Source: Acidobacteriota bacterium
GTDB lineage: Bacteria; Acidobacteriota; UBA6911; RPQK01; JADFOI01
Assembly (NCBI GenBank): GCA_963663035.1
Contig: OY760074.1
Location: 1,344,001-1,408,000, forward strand
Reading direction: 5' to 3'
DNA length: 64,000 nucleotides
This document shows positions 39,170 through 48,239 of the stretch, one piece after another. Both the position numbers and the translations under genes were made by a program. Each line of letters begins with the position of its first letter. The stretch's first letter is position 1. A model generated the notes under the pieces. The model did not search any database and was not told the origin of the DNA. It was given only the letters and a program-made list of their open reading frames with translations.

Positions 39170-40624
39170 ATGTCTAAAAGAATCTTAGTATCTGTTTCCA
39201 CTATGGGGATTGCTTTTCTGACCTATGGCCTTGTCACGGCCCTTGCCGTCTCCTCTCCTCTTCAAATGCCAGAAAACAGCGACCTCAACATCAGGCTTCC
39301 TGATGGCGAAGGGAAAGATAACACGGAGGCCAATTGCACGATCTGCCATGATTTAGAGCGCATCGTCAACCAGCGGAAGAGTCCAGAGGCCTGGCAAGCA
39401 ACCGTGTCGGACATGCTGGGAAGGATTGCCGCGGGAATGGACGAGGAAACCGACCTCATCTCCAAATATCTGGCCACCCACTTCGGCGTTGTCACATCGA
39501 GCACTTTGAGCCAGATTGCCTCCCTCTTGAAGCAAAGCGATAGGCTGGCGGCAGAAAGTCTGATTCGAGAAAGCGCTGAACCCCTGGGTGAGGAGTTAAA
39601 CAAGATTCTGGCCGACATGGATCGTGGCTTTGACGAGCTGGGTAGACAAAAAGCCCGTTACGATGTCTTGCTGGAAAAATTCACTCAATTCGAAGCGACA
39701 TGGATGCCCAGTGAAGAGGTGTTTCAGCTCTTCTCCAGGGTTACCGAACAACCCGGCTACTCCCAGCATTTTCAGGCCAAGCGACTGCGCATTGAAGGAG
39801 CGAAACACACGACAACGGCTGATTTTCTCTGGGATCGCCAGGAATATGAAGAAGCGCTTCAAGAGTACAGCGAGGCGATCAGAAAGTTACGATTTGCAAT
39901 TCCCTTAGCAGAAGCCGTCAGCAACCAAAAACTGGTGGCTGCCTGTTTAACCAACATCGGCTACGCTGCAATCTACTCGGGGAACGCTGCTGAAGGCCTG
40001 ACCACCTATTCCCAGGCCCTCAAGATTGCCGAAGAGAGGGAGGACGATCTTTTCAGGGGAATGTACTTGCTGAACCTGGGAACATTCCATTTGTACACGC
40101 TTCAGCCTGAGGAAGCATTGCAGTACGCACTGTCGTCCGCTGAGATGAATCGAAAAACCGGCCGCAGGACCTGGGAATCCAATGCCCTCTTGAATGTGGG
40201 AGTAGCCTATCTAGCCCTGGGTAAGCGTGAAGAGTCTCACAGCTATTTGGATAAGGCTTTACTCAAAGCACAGGAAGCCAAGGATCGCCGCAGCGAGGGA
40301 AGGATTTTGTTCAACTTGGCTCTTGTAACGACACAATCCGACCGATTGGAGGAAGCGGCAAGCTTTACTGAACGAGCCCTGGAATGGTATTCACAGTACC
40401 CTGAAGTGTACAACCAGGCCGAGCACACAATGATTCACTATCATGGCCTGCATCTTCTGAGCAGCCTACACGGGAAACTGAGAAACAGTGAAAAGGCAGC
40501 TGACTATCGGGTCCAGGCCCAAGAACTGGCCAGCAAGGATCCGCTGAAATTCGCCACTTACCTGGCCGATCCCCACCTCAATTTCGCCAAGTGGGACGAA
40601 TTCAAAAAGAAATTCATGGACTAG
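39170..40624 (+). CDS. Exported cytochrome c domain fused to TPR repeats
   Basis: N-terminal hydrophobic segment, LPDGEGK..CTICH..W..TV..M, then TPR helices (LTNIG, LLNLG, LLNVG, LFNLA). Confidence 0.82.
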   Translation: MSKRILVSVSTMGIAFLTYGLVTALAVSSPLQMPENSDLNIRLPDGEGKDNTEANCTICHDLERIVNQRKSPEAWQATVSDMLGRIAAGMDEETDLISKYLATHFGVVTSSTLSQIASLLKQSDRLAAESLIRESAEPLGEELNKILADMDRGFDELGRQKARYDVLLEKFTQFEATWMPSEEVFQLFSRVTEQPGYSQHFQAKRLRIEGAKHTTTADFLWDRQEYEEALQEYSEAIRKLRFAIPLAEAVSNQKLVAACLTNIGYAAIYSGNAAEGLTTYSQALKIAEEREDDLFRGMYLLNLGTFHLYTLQPEEALQYALSSAEMNRKTGRRTWESNALLNVGVAYLALGKREESHSYLDKALLKAQEAKDRRSEGRILFNLALVTTQSDRLEEAASFTERALEWYSQYPEVYNQAEHTMIHYHGLHLLSSLHGKLRNSEKAADYRVQAQELASKDPLKFATYLADPHLNFAKWDEFKKKFMD

Positions 40625-41469
40625 CCGGAGCCTCTGACCAAGAGTTGCTGACGATTTTCGTAGTTTCCGACGCCACTGGCGAAACAGCGGAGCGGGTGGT
40701 TCGATCCGCTCTCGTCCAATTCGAAGAGGCCCACGCCACCGTCATCCGGCGTGGGCGTATTGGCACGCCAGAACAGCTCTGCGCCGTGGTTCAGGAAGCG
40801 GCCGGCCGTGATTCCCTAATTCTTCATACCTTGGTTTCGGACGAACTGCGTCACCTGATACTGGCTGAATCCCGTTCCCAGGGGGTAGATACGATGGACC
40901 TGCTGGGCCCGGTGCTGGATCGTCTGGCCACACACCTGAGGCTGACACCGCAAGAGAAGCCCGGGCTCTTCAAACAGTTGGTCGAGGCCAGGTCGAGACA
41001 GTTCGAGGCGGTGGACTTCGCCTTTCATCACGACGATGGACAGCAGGCGGACGAACTTAGCCATGCGGAAGTCGTCCTGGTCGGTATCTCCCGAACGATG
41101 AAGACGCCAACCACGCTGTACCTCGGCTACCAGGGCTGGTTTGTCGGAAACGTGCCCATTGTCCCCGAGCTCCCTCTCCCCCCGGCGCTGCTATCCTTGC
41201 CCTCCGAACGGGTCATTTGTCTTGTCATGAACCCCAGACGGCTGCTGGAACTACGGCGTGTCCGGGCTGATTACCTGGGGATTCCTGCCGAGCCGTACGC
41301 CTCACTGGAGAGCATCCAGAAAGAGCTTCGACACTCTCAGCAGGTGCGTGTCAGTCACGGCTGGCGACAGATCGACGTTACCGGTAAGTCGGTTGAGGAG
41401 CTGGCCCGAGAGATCGTGGTTCTCCTCCCGGCTGGAGACCAAAGACGCAAGCCTGGATTTCAAGGTTAG
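40591..41469 (+). CDS. ppsR: PPDK/PEP synthase regulatory kinase-pyrophosphorylase (DUF299)
   Basis: FVVSDATGETA, HDDG, LVGISRTMKTP and IDVTGKSVEE motifs. The true start may be TTG 40645. Confidence 0.92.
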   Translation: MGRIQKEIHGLAGASDQELLTIFVVSDATGETAERVVRSALVQFEEAHATVIRRGRIGTPEQLCAVVQEAAGRDSLILHTLVSDELRHLILAESRSQGVDTMDLLGPVLDRLATHLRLTPQEKPGLFKQLVEARSRQFEAVDFAFHHDDGQQADELSHAEVVLVGISRTMKTPTTLYLGYQGWFVGNVPIVPELPLPPALLSLPSERVICLVMNPRRLLELRRVRADYLGIPAEPYASLESIQKELRHSQQVRVSHGWRQIDVTGKSVEELAREIVVLLPAGDQRRKPGFQG

Positions 41470-41536
41470 CCCACGGAAGGAAACGCGTGATCTGTTTTTT
41501 ATCGCTAGAGCAAATGACTAACAGTAGGAGAAAGAA

Positions 41537-41860
41537 ATGCCCCAATACATGATTTCTTACCTGGGCGGCGATAAGCCGTCTAGCCCAGAGGAAGGTAAGC
41601 AACATATGGCGAAATATAGAGCTTGGTTATCTTCATTGGGCGACTCAGCAGTGAGTCCTGCTAATCCGCTTAAGGATACGAGCACAGTAAACTCTGATGG
41701 TTCTGTTACCACTGGAAGCACAACGTCAATGTCTGGTTTCACAATCATTGAAACTGATCCTATGGAGGCGGCACTGCTGATTGCACAGGGTTGCCCTTTT
41801 CTTGATGTTGGCGGTTCACTTGAGGTGTCAGAGTTAATACAGATGCCAGGCCAAAAATAA
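41537..41860 (+). CDS. YciI/YCII-like protein
   Basis: SGFTII...EAALLIAQGCP..GGSLEVSE pattern; RBS AGGAG. Confidence 0.8.
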   Translation: MPQYMISYLGGDKPSSPEEGKQHMAKYRAWLSSLGDSAVSPANPLKDTSTVNSDGSVTTGSTTSMSGFTIIETDPMEAALLIAQGCPFLDVGGSLEVSELIQMPGQK

Positions 41861-41882
41861 ACATACTAATAGGAGGATAGCG

Positions 41883-42188
41883 ATGAAGTACATGATCAGC
41901 TGGTTCGAACGTCCGCAAGGTTCGCCTGTGGAGTACGAGAATGCCCAAAAGCGGATACTTGAGGTGTTCGGTCAATGGAAGGCGCCCGCCGGATTCAAGA
42001 TCGAATTGTTCGTTGTGCGAGTGGGCGAGTGGGGTGGGCACATGTTAGTGGACTGCGACGATCCGTTGGCCGTTCACAAGTTCTGCTCGACGTACCCGGC
42101 CTTCGAATGCCAGGCGCGACCCGTGATTCCCGTCGAAGACGCAGTCCGGGTCGAACTCGAAGCCATCGCCTGGCGCGACGGACTGTAA
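41883..42188 (+). CDS. DUF3303-like small ferredoxin-fold protein
   Basis: MKYMISW..W..P.G..GG..LVDCDD..PVIPVEDA pattern; RBS AGGAGG. Confidence 0.75.
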   Translation: MKYMISWFERPQGSPVEYENAQKRILEVFGQWKAPAGFKIELFVVRVGEWGGHMLVDCDDPLAVHKFCSTYPAFECQARPVIPVEDAVRVELEAIAWRDGL

Positions 42189-42227
42189 CACAGCTAACAT
42201 CCGAGAAAATCACATCGGACAAACGTC

Positions 42228-42905
42228 ATGAGCACGAGCGTTGCGAAGCCCGTTAAGGTGGCGATCATCGGCGCCAGCGGAACCTACGGCGAGGGGATCC
42301 TCGCCCGGGCCGAGGAGATCGGTATCGAGGCGGTGGTGGTCACGCGGTCGCCGCACAAGTTCAAAGACGTGAAGCCGACGACTACAGTGGTCAACGCGCA
42401 GCTGGATGAAGAGGAGAAGTTGAAGGAGGTGCTTGCGGGCTGCGATGGCGTCATCTCGGCACTCGGCGATGACAGGAAGAAGCGTCCGAAGACGCACAAT
42501 CTTCCGCACCTCTGGAACGCCATGAAGGCTGCCGGCGTGACCAAGTATGTCGGCATGGGCTCCGGACCGATGATGATGCCGGGCGAGAAGCGTGGAGGGT
42601 TCCAGCGCACCGTGCACCCCCTGCTGAGCCTAATGAAGCTCTTTGGGGTAGACATGCTGGAACAGAACGAGTGGGAACGCGACAGCCTGCTCATGGGCAA
42701 GAACGGCGCGGACGGCATCACCTGGGTGCTCACCAGACCGGTGCGGCCGACCAAGACGCCCTTTGTCGGAGCCTACGTGCACAAGGACAGGCGCGGCCCC
42801 ATCAACTGCTCGATCTACGACCACGGCGACTTCTGCTTGTACTGCGTGGCCTCGAGCGAGTGGGACAAGCTTGCGCCCCATGTCAGCTCCGGGCCGACTC
42901 CCTAA
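42228..42905 (+). CDS. NAD(P)-binding atypical SDR (flavin reductase/BVR-B-like)
   Basis: IIGASGTYG, GCDGVISALG, AMKAAGV and WVLTRP motifs. Confidence 0.82.
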   Translation: MSTSVAKPVKVAIIGASGTYGEGILARAEEIGIEAVVVTRSPHKFKDVKPTTTVVNAQLDEEEKLKEVLAGCDGVISALGDDRKKRPKTHNLPHLWNAMKAAGVTKYVGMGSGPMMMPGEKRGGFQRTVHPLLSLMKLFGVDMLEQNEWERDSLLMGKNGADGITWVLTRPVRPTKTPFVGAYVHKDRRGPINCSIYDHGDFCLYCVASSEWDKLAPHVSSGPTP

Positions 42906-43007
42906 CAAGCCACTGGCAGGATTTTCTGCTATGTCTGCTTGCGTCTTCTGCGGACAACCAGGATATTATGCTGATCAACATCAACATTCGGGGAAGGAGA
43001 ATTCATC

Positions 43008-43653
43008 GTGTCGGAATTCTATCAACAAACGCGATTCACCGGGGTCTTTTGCGCATCGGTGGTAATGCTGGCGTCATATCCCTATTTCCACGACACCGCA
43101 ACGGGAGCCGCTCTTGGGGGGATAACGGCATTGTTGCTCTTGGGCACCGGCATTTACGCCGTTGGAGCCTGCCGAAAAATCAGGATCGTCGCTGCAGCAC
43201 TAGCATTGATTGCGCTTTCTAATAGCATCTACTCTTTGTTGGTTCAGACCCGCGGCAGCATTTGGACAGAAGCTAGCTTCACTGCCTATTATGGATTCAT
43301 CACCATTGCTATATTCCTCGAAGTCTCGGTTACGTGGCTTCCAGCGAGATTCCATTCTGGGGATCGTGAGCGTCTATCTCCTGATCGGTATAACCTTTGG
43401 ATCACTCTATGATCTTGTCGAGACGATTGAGCCCGGTTCTTTCCGACTTAACTTCGATGGCACCGACGACGCTGTGGGATTCCGACGTTTGTTGTTTTTT
43501 AGCTTCATGACCCTGACATCCATCGGATATGGCGACATCACCCCGGCTACTGATCAAGCCCAATCGCTGGCCATTCTCGAAGGAGTGGCTGGGGTTCTCT
43601 ATGTGGCGGTGCTAGTCGCACGTGTCGTGAATGTTTACCGGAATCTTGACTGA
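43008..43653 (+). pseudogene. Frameshifted potassium-channel (Ion_trans_2) family gene
   Basis: The N-terminal TMs are in one frame and the pore region (FSFMTLTSIGYGDITP) in another; the switch is near 43320-43350. Confidence 0.75.
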
Positions 43654-43672
43654 GTTGGTGAGGGGTCAGTCG

Positions 43673-44050
43673 CTAGGATGAGGCTAGTAACTCGACTAGC
43701 TCAACTTCTATGCCGTCGGAATCAAAGAAGTAAAGACGACGTCCGGGTTTGTAGTCGTGCTCTGCGTGGGTTGACACTCCTAGCTCGGCAAGCCGGGATT
43801 TCATCTCGTCGAGGCTCTCCACCACGAAGCCAAAGTGGTTGAGTCCTACCTCTGTCATATCGATCCTCACCTGCCCCGGACTGGCTGCCTCGAAGAGGGC
43901 AAGATACTGACGGTCATCACCAACATGAGCGGCGAGACGCCCATCGTCGTCGGTTCCCTTCCAGCGGACCTTGAAGCCGAAGAGGCGGGAATAGAAGTCT
44001 ATGGACCTATCAAGGTCCGAAACCGTGAAGTTGACATGCTCTAGGAACAT
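43673..44050 (-). CDS. VOC/glyoxalase family protein
   Basis: EHVNFTVSDLDRSIDFY, NHFGF and YFFDSDGIEVE motifs. Confidence 0.92.
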   Translation of the reverse strand: MFLEHVNFTVSDLDRSIDFYSRLFGFKVRWKGTDDDGRLAAHVGDDRQYLALFEAASPGQVRIDMTEVGLNHFGFVVESLDEMKSRLAELGVSTHAEHDYKPGRRLYFFDSDGIEVELVELLASS

Positions 44051-44135
44051 ATTGCCCTCCTTATACTAATACTGGGGGAAGGTGAAGGCAATGGAAAGGC
44101 CCCTTGAGGGAGATTAGGCCGCGAGGCCCGAAGGG

Positions 44136-44513
44136 CTACAGCGGCACAAGAATAAAGCGCCCGTACGCGACAAAGGCGGCAAGAGCGCTAAGAACTAGAG
44201 GCGGGACCACCATCAGCATTTCAGATCGGCGGAGATGCGTCGCTGCAGCACCGAGCATGACCGCCACGAGCCCTAGTCCGGCGAGCGGAGTCAGAATCGG
44301 TGCGATACCGGTTAGCCCCGGCAACACCAATCCCAGAGCAGCAGCCGACTCGCTTGCACCGATGAACTTCACCAAGCCGCTCGAAAAGTCGTTTGCCCAA
44401 CCCATCTTCGGATCGGCCTTGAGAACATCGTGGCTCTTGAACAACTTCATCGAGCCAGCGCCGATGAATGCGACGGCAAGCAAGCCCTGCACGATCCAAA
44501 GTGCCGTTCCCAT
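44136..44513 (-). CDS. DoxX family membrane protein
   Basis: LWIVQGLLA..F..AG.MK, IG.SE and MLGAAATH motifs. Confidence 0.9.
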   Translation of the reverse strand: MGTALWIVQGLLAVAFIGAGSMKLFKSHDVLKADPKMGWANDFSSGLVKFIGASESAAALGLVLPGLTGIAPILTPLAGLGLVAVMLGAAATHLRRSEMLMVVPPLVLSALAAFVAYGRFILVPL

Positions 44514-44581
44514 ACTTGAGCTCCTAGACGATGCTCATGAGCAGAGAGACCTCCAAGCTACTCCGGAAGGTCGGTAGCGTC

Positions 44582-45070
44582 TTAGCCCCCGCTCGTGGGA
44601 ACCGGGCTATTGAAGTTGAATGTGTCCGAGACAACCTTCCATTGGCCGTCCTCCTGTTTCCTCCACACGGTGGTGTACTTGCCGTTTCTGGTGACAGAGT
44701 TACCTTCGGCATCATCAACTTTAAGCTCGAAGCTTCCAATGGAGTAGCCCAAATCCCCGGCCTGGGACACATCGGCGAAATTTGCACTCCAGCTCAGTGA
44801 GAAACCCGGCAGGGAGAACAACCCAGAAACCCACTTTTGAATATCCTCTCTGCTCAGTACTTCGGGTGCTTCCGGAGGAAGGAAGTGGGCGTCGTCGCTA
44901 AAAAACGAGACAAATGCCTCTACCTCTGGAGGTGTTTCAGACCAGGTTCGATCGGCGTCTAGAATAGCAGCGCGCTCCGCTTCAAGATCGATCGGCTCAC
45001 CACTCTCAGGAGCACATCCAACCAACAAAGTAGTCACAGTGAGTACAATTAGATGAAAAGTTCTTATCAT
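44582..45070 (-). CDS. SnoaL/DUF4440 (NTF2-like) lipoprotein
   Basis: Lipobox LLVGC, AGDLGY and GKYTTVWRKQEDGQWK motifs. Confidence 0.88.
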   Translation of the reverse strand: MIRTFHLIVLTVTTLLVGCAPESGEPIDLEAERAAILDADRTWSETPPEVEAFVSFFSDDAHFLPPEAPEVLSREDIQKWVSGLFSLPGFSLSWSANFADVSQAGDLGYSIGSFELKVDDAEGNSVTRNGKYTTVWRKQEDGQWKVVSDTFNFNSPVPTSGG

Positions 45071-45282
45071 TCGGTCCCCCTCCCCTGCTGGAAACAAACT
45101 CAGAAAAATTTTAGGTTTGTTACAGAATTATCATGTTCTGATTCTAATTAGTCCACTGGGATCAGAAAGTCAAGACGTGGAGGAAGCAGGTGTGGATGAA
45201 GACACCCGAAGGGCCGCCAACGTCACGGCCACGATAACGCCGACTCCGGGGATGGTTTACAGCCAACCGGCGGACACGGGGC

Positions 45283-45522
45283 TTACTCCCTGCTAGACTC
45301 AACCTCACGGATCCAGTCGCACGTGAGCCCTGCCTTTTCATGGTGCTTCTCGACAGCCTCCTTGTTGGGGGCATCGAGGACACACCAGATTTTGTTTGCT
45401 TCCTCACTGAAAATGATATCGTGGTGCGTTACCCCGAATTCATCCGGGGGTGCGTTCTGGGCTTCGCGAAGCTGCTGCGCAGTGAATGGTTTCATTTGAT
45501 GTTCGTCCATGAATTTTGGCAT
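45283..45522 (-). CDS. DUF4242 family small protein
   Basis: MPKFMDEH..CVLDAPNKEAVEKHH..G..CDWIREV pattern; RBS AAGGAG. Confidence 0.8.
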   Translation of the reverse strand: MPKFMDEHQMKPFTAQQLREAQNAPPDEFGVTHHDIIFSEEANKIWCVLDAPNKEAVEKHHEKAGLTCDWIREVESSRE

Positions 45523-45887
45523 TCAGTTTCAACTCCTTCCATACAAGGCTTTGTCATTTCTTATGCGGCCTTCATCTCCAGGCCTTTTTTCCGGAACGAG
45601 ATACTACCATCGAATAATGACGCCTGCAAGCGGGGCTTGGCCCGCCTGTGGGTGAGGAAGCCTACACGCGTATTGCCCCGTCTTTCCTGCTCAATCATCT
45701 ACGTCCTTCTTGTTAGCTGGGTTTCCCTGTTGTTTGGGCGATTCTGTGGTAGAAATGTGGTAGAAAAGCCAGATCAAGGCCGCAGCATTAGTTCGTGGAA
45801 AACTCCTTGGTGAGGTATTTTCTTCTCCTTCTAAAGGTATTACTTTCTTAACTTCCTTCACCGAATCACAGGAAAAATAAAAAAATC

Positions 45888-45919
45888 TTGACCCCGTAGT
45901 ATGGTACAGGGTGCATCAT
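45888..45919 (+). promoter_or_regulatory. MerR-type promoter/operator
   Basis: TTGACC, a long (~20 nt) spacer containing the dyad ACCCCGTA-N6-TACAGGGT, then CATCAT. Confidence 0.8.
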
Positions 45920-45937
45920 AAGGTACTGGAGGTGAAA

Positions 45938-46348
45938 ATGGCGTTGACCATTGGAGAAATAGCCAAACGTGCCGGGATCGGCCTCGAAACCGTCCGGTTC
46001 TATGAGCGCAAAGGACTCATTGAGGAACCACCGCGAACAGATTCGGGTTATCGCCAGTACCCAGAAGATGTGGTAGCTCGGCTCCGCTTCATCAGCCGCG
46101 CAAAGGATCTTGGATTCTCGCTGAAGGAAATTGCAGAGCTATTCTCTCTCCGGGTTGATCCGGACACAACCTGTGCCGATATTAAGAGACGAGCCGAAGC
46201 CAAGATTACAACGATCGAAGAGAAGATTCGTGACATGCAAGGGATTCAGGGTGCACTTTCCAAGTTGGCTGCTTCATGCAGCGGAAGCGGCCCGGCGGGT
46301 GATTGCCCCATCTTAGAAGCACTGGACAGCCAGGAGAAAGACTGGTGA
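45938..46348 (+). CDS. MerR-family heavy-metal-responsive regulator
   Basis: LTIGEIAK..ETVRFYERKGL and GFSLKEI motifs; three Cys (TCAD, SCSG, DCPILEAL). Confidence 0.95.
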   Translation: MALTIGEIAKRAGIGLETVRFYERKGLIEEPPRTDSGYRQYPEDVVARLRFISRAKDLGFSLKEIAELFSLRVDPDTTCADIKRRAEAKITTIEEKIRDMQGIQGALSKLAASCSGSGPAGDCPILEALDSQEKDW

Positions 46349-46366
46349 GAAAGGAGTAATTTAGAC

Positions 46367-46636
46367 ATGACGACAAAACGACGAATCGAAGTTTTCGGTG
46401 CGGGATGTCCCGCTTGTGAGGAAACCATCAGGCTCGTAAAAAGTGTTGCCTGTCCATCCTGTGAAGTCACAGTCCTGGACATGAATGATCCAAGCGTGGC
46501 AAGCCGAGCCAAGAGCTTGGGTATTCACTCGGTTCCATCCGTCGTTATCGACGGACAACTCGCTGATTGCTGCGCGGGTCGCAGTCCAGATGAAGCAACG
46601 CTGCGATCCGCAGGGCTGGGCCAGCCGATTACCTAA
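46367..46636 (+). CDS. Small Cys-rich thioredoxin-like protein
   Basis: IEVFGAGCPAC, CPSC and VPSVVIDG..CC motifs. Confidence 0.85.
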   Translation: MTTKRRIEVFGAGCPACEETIRLVKSVACPSCEVTVLDMNDPSVASRAKSLGIHSVPSVVIDGQLADCCAGRSPDEATLRSAGLGQPIT

Positions 46637-46664
46637 CTCAACACATAGTTAAAGGAGGAAATCC

Positions 46665-47009
46665 ATGGAGACAATCAATATGAAGGTTTTGCTTGGCGTT
46701 GGCACCGTTGTGGCTGCGGTTGGGGCCTCGCTGTGTTGCATCGTACCAGTTGCCGTGGTTTTAGTAGGAGTGGGGTCAGCTGCTCTAGGGGCACAGTTGG
46801 AGCCGGTCCGTCCTTTCTTCCTTGGATTGACACTGCTCCTCGTAGGAATCGCCTTTTATCAAGTTTACAGGCCTGACAAGGACTGCGACCCAGGACAAAG
46901 CTGTGCAACACCCGAAGGCCAGCGGCGACAACGCATCATTGTATGGATAGCGGCAATCCTGGCGGCAGTAGTAGCGGCGTTTCCCTATTACATGGGTTGG
47001 ATCATCTGA
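46665..47009 (+). CDS. merT: MerT-like metal transporter
   Basis: ASLCC in TM1, LEPVRP, loop CDPGQSC and FPY; 3 TMs. Confidence 0.85.
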   Translation: METINMKVLLGVGTVVAAVGASLCCIVPVAVVLVGVGSAALGAQLEPVRPFFLGLTLLLVGIAFYQVYRPDKDCDPGQSCATPEGQRRQRIIVWIAAILAAVVAAFPYYMGWII

Positions 47010-47034
47010 CCAATGAAGTGAATGGATATTGTTA

Positions 47035-47382
47035 ATGGTTAAAGCAATTTTGACGGCTTTTGTATTGGGCGGTCTCGCCCTTGGTATTTGGGCCGGTTCG
47101 GACCTGTGGACTGCAACCTCGGAAATGACGATTGAGGCGATGGGGGAGCAGGAAAAGGCGGTATTTTACGTGACCGGAATGACGTGAAGTGGATGTGACG
47201 CCGCCGTGAAACTAGCGGTAAGAAAATTGGACGGGATTCACCAAGTCGAGGCTTCCTACAAAGAGGGCACAGCCGTCGTAGTTTATGAACCATCTACAGT
47301 ATGTCTGGAGGAAATCAAGGCCGCGATTGACAAAGTTGGCTTCAAGGCCGAACTGCAAAGTGAGGAAGAGCTAACTCAATGA
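47035..47382 (+). CDS. MerP/HMA-domain selenoprotein (GMT-U-SG-C; Sec at TGA 47185-47187), absent from ORF track
   Basis: Manual translation gives MVKAILTAFVLGGLALGIWA...VFYVTGMT*SGCDAAVKLAVRKLDGI..ASYKEGTAVVVYEP..IKAAIDKVGF. The TGA sits exactly at the first Cys of the HMA motif, and the stop overlaps the next ATG (ATGA). Confidence 0.85.
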
Positions 47383-47852
47383 GTGAATCGTGCTGCTCTA
47401 CCTTGCATAGACCACCCGATACACGATCCTGTCCGGTCAGTGACTTTCGTAGTAAACCCGTAGAGTGGTCGACCGTTGCTGCGTTGGCTGCGGGACCTGT
47501 CCCGCAACGGCAATGTTTCTGGTTGTGCGAGGACTCAGATTGCGATGTCGTGTACTTCGGCGAGGACGGAACACTCCTGGGAACCAGTGATGTGCGTGTG
47601 ATCCCCAGTTTCAAGGGAAGTCCAAGCCAAAGCGATCTGGTCTGTTACTGTTTTCTCTACAGCCGCCAAGACATAGCAGACGAGTTGCAAGCAAGTGGAG
47701 ATACAACGATCTTTGACCGTGTGACCGCTGAAGTTAAAGCCGGAAATTGTGCCTGCGAGGCGCGAAATCCTTCAGGCAAATGCTGTCTAGGGGCTGTGAA
47801 AAAGGCTATTCAGGAAACTCGTGAGAAATTGCAGATGAGACAAGAAACATGA
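47379..47852 (+). CDS. CopZ N-terminal-like Zn/[2Fe-2S] (BFD-like) protein
   Basis: CP, FWLCEDSDCDVVYF, VCYCF and CACEARNPSGKCCLG motifs. Confidence 0.85.
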   Translation: MSESCCSTLHRPPDTRSCPVSDFRSKPVEWSTVAALAAGPVPQRQCFWLCEDSDCDVVYFGEDGTLLGTSDVRVIPSFKGSPSQSDLVCYCFLYSRQDIADELQASGDTTIFDRVTAEVKAGNCACEARNPSGKCCLGAVKKAIQETREKLQMRQET

Positions 47853-48239
47853 AGACTAAACTGCCCTTGGACCTAGTCTTTTTGCTTATCCCTTTGGGGC
47901 CTGTATATAGGGTGGCAGCAGCATGGCGTGCAGCTACCATTCTTTCTCGGTATTTCGCAGCCTTCATTCGGTCAGCTTAGTCGTTAGGCTGGGATCGTTG
48001 GGTGAGGAACCCAACAATATGACTCTCCATTCTTGACGTTTTACCAACTTTTCAGGTCGGTTTTCCCAGATTCAGCGTCAATCGTCGAAAGTAAGCTCAT
48101 TATGGTGGGTTTTCTCCTATGTCTGCTTACATCTCATGCGGACAAACGTGACACTAGGCTGATCAGTATATTCATCGTTTGACTGCTACATGTACCATGG
48201 GTGTAGTCACCCTTATCATCCTCGAAAGGAGGTAGCGAC

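Noticed and set aside
43300-43360. Programmed frameshift in the ion-channel gene
   Set aside because: No slippery heptamer or stimulatory hairpin seen; a simple indel is more likely.
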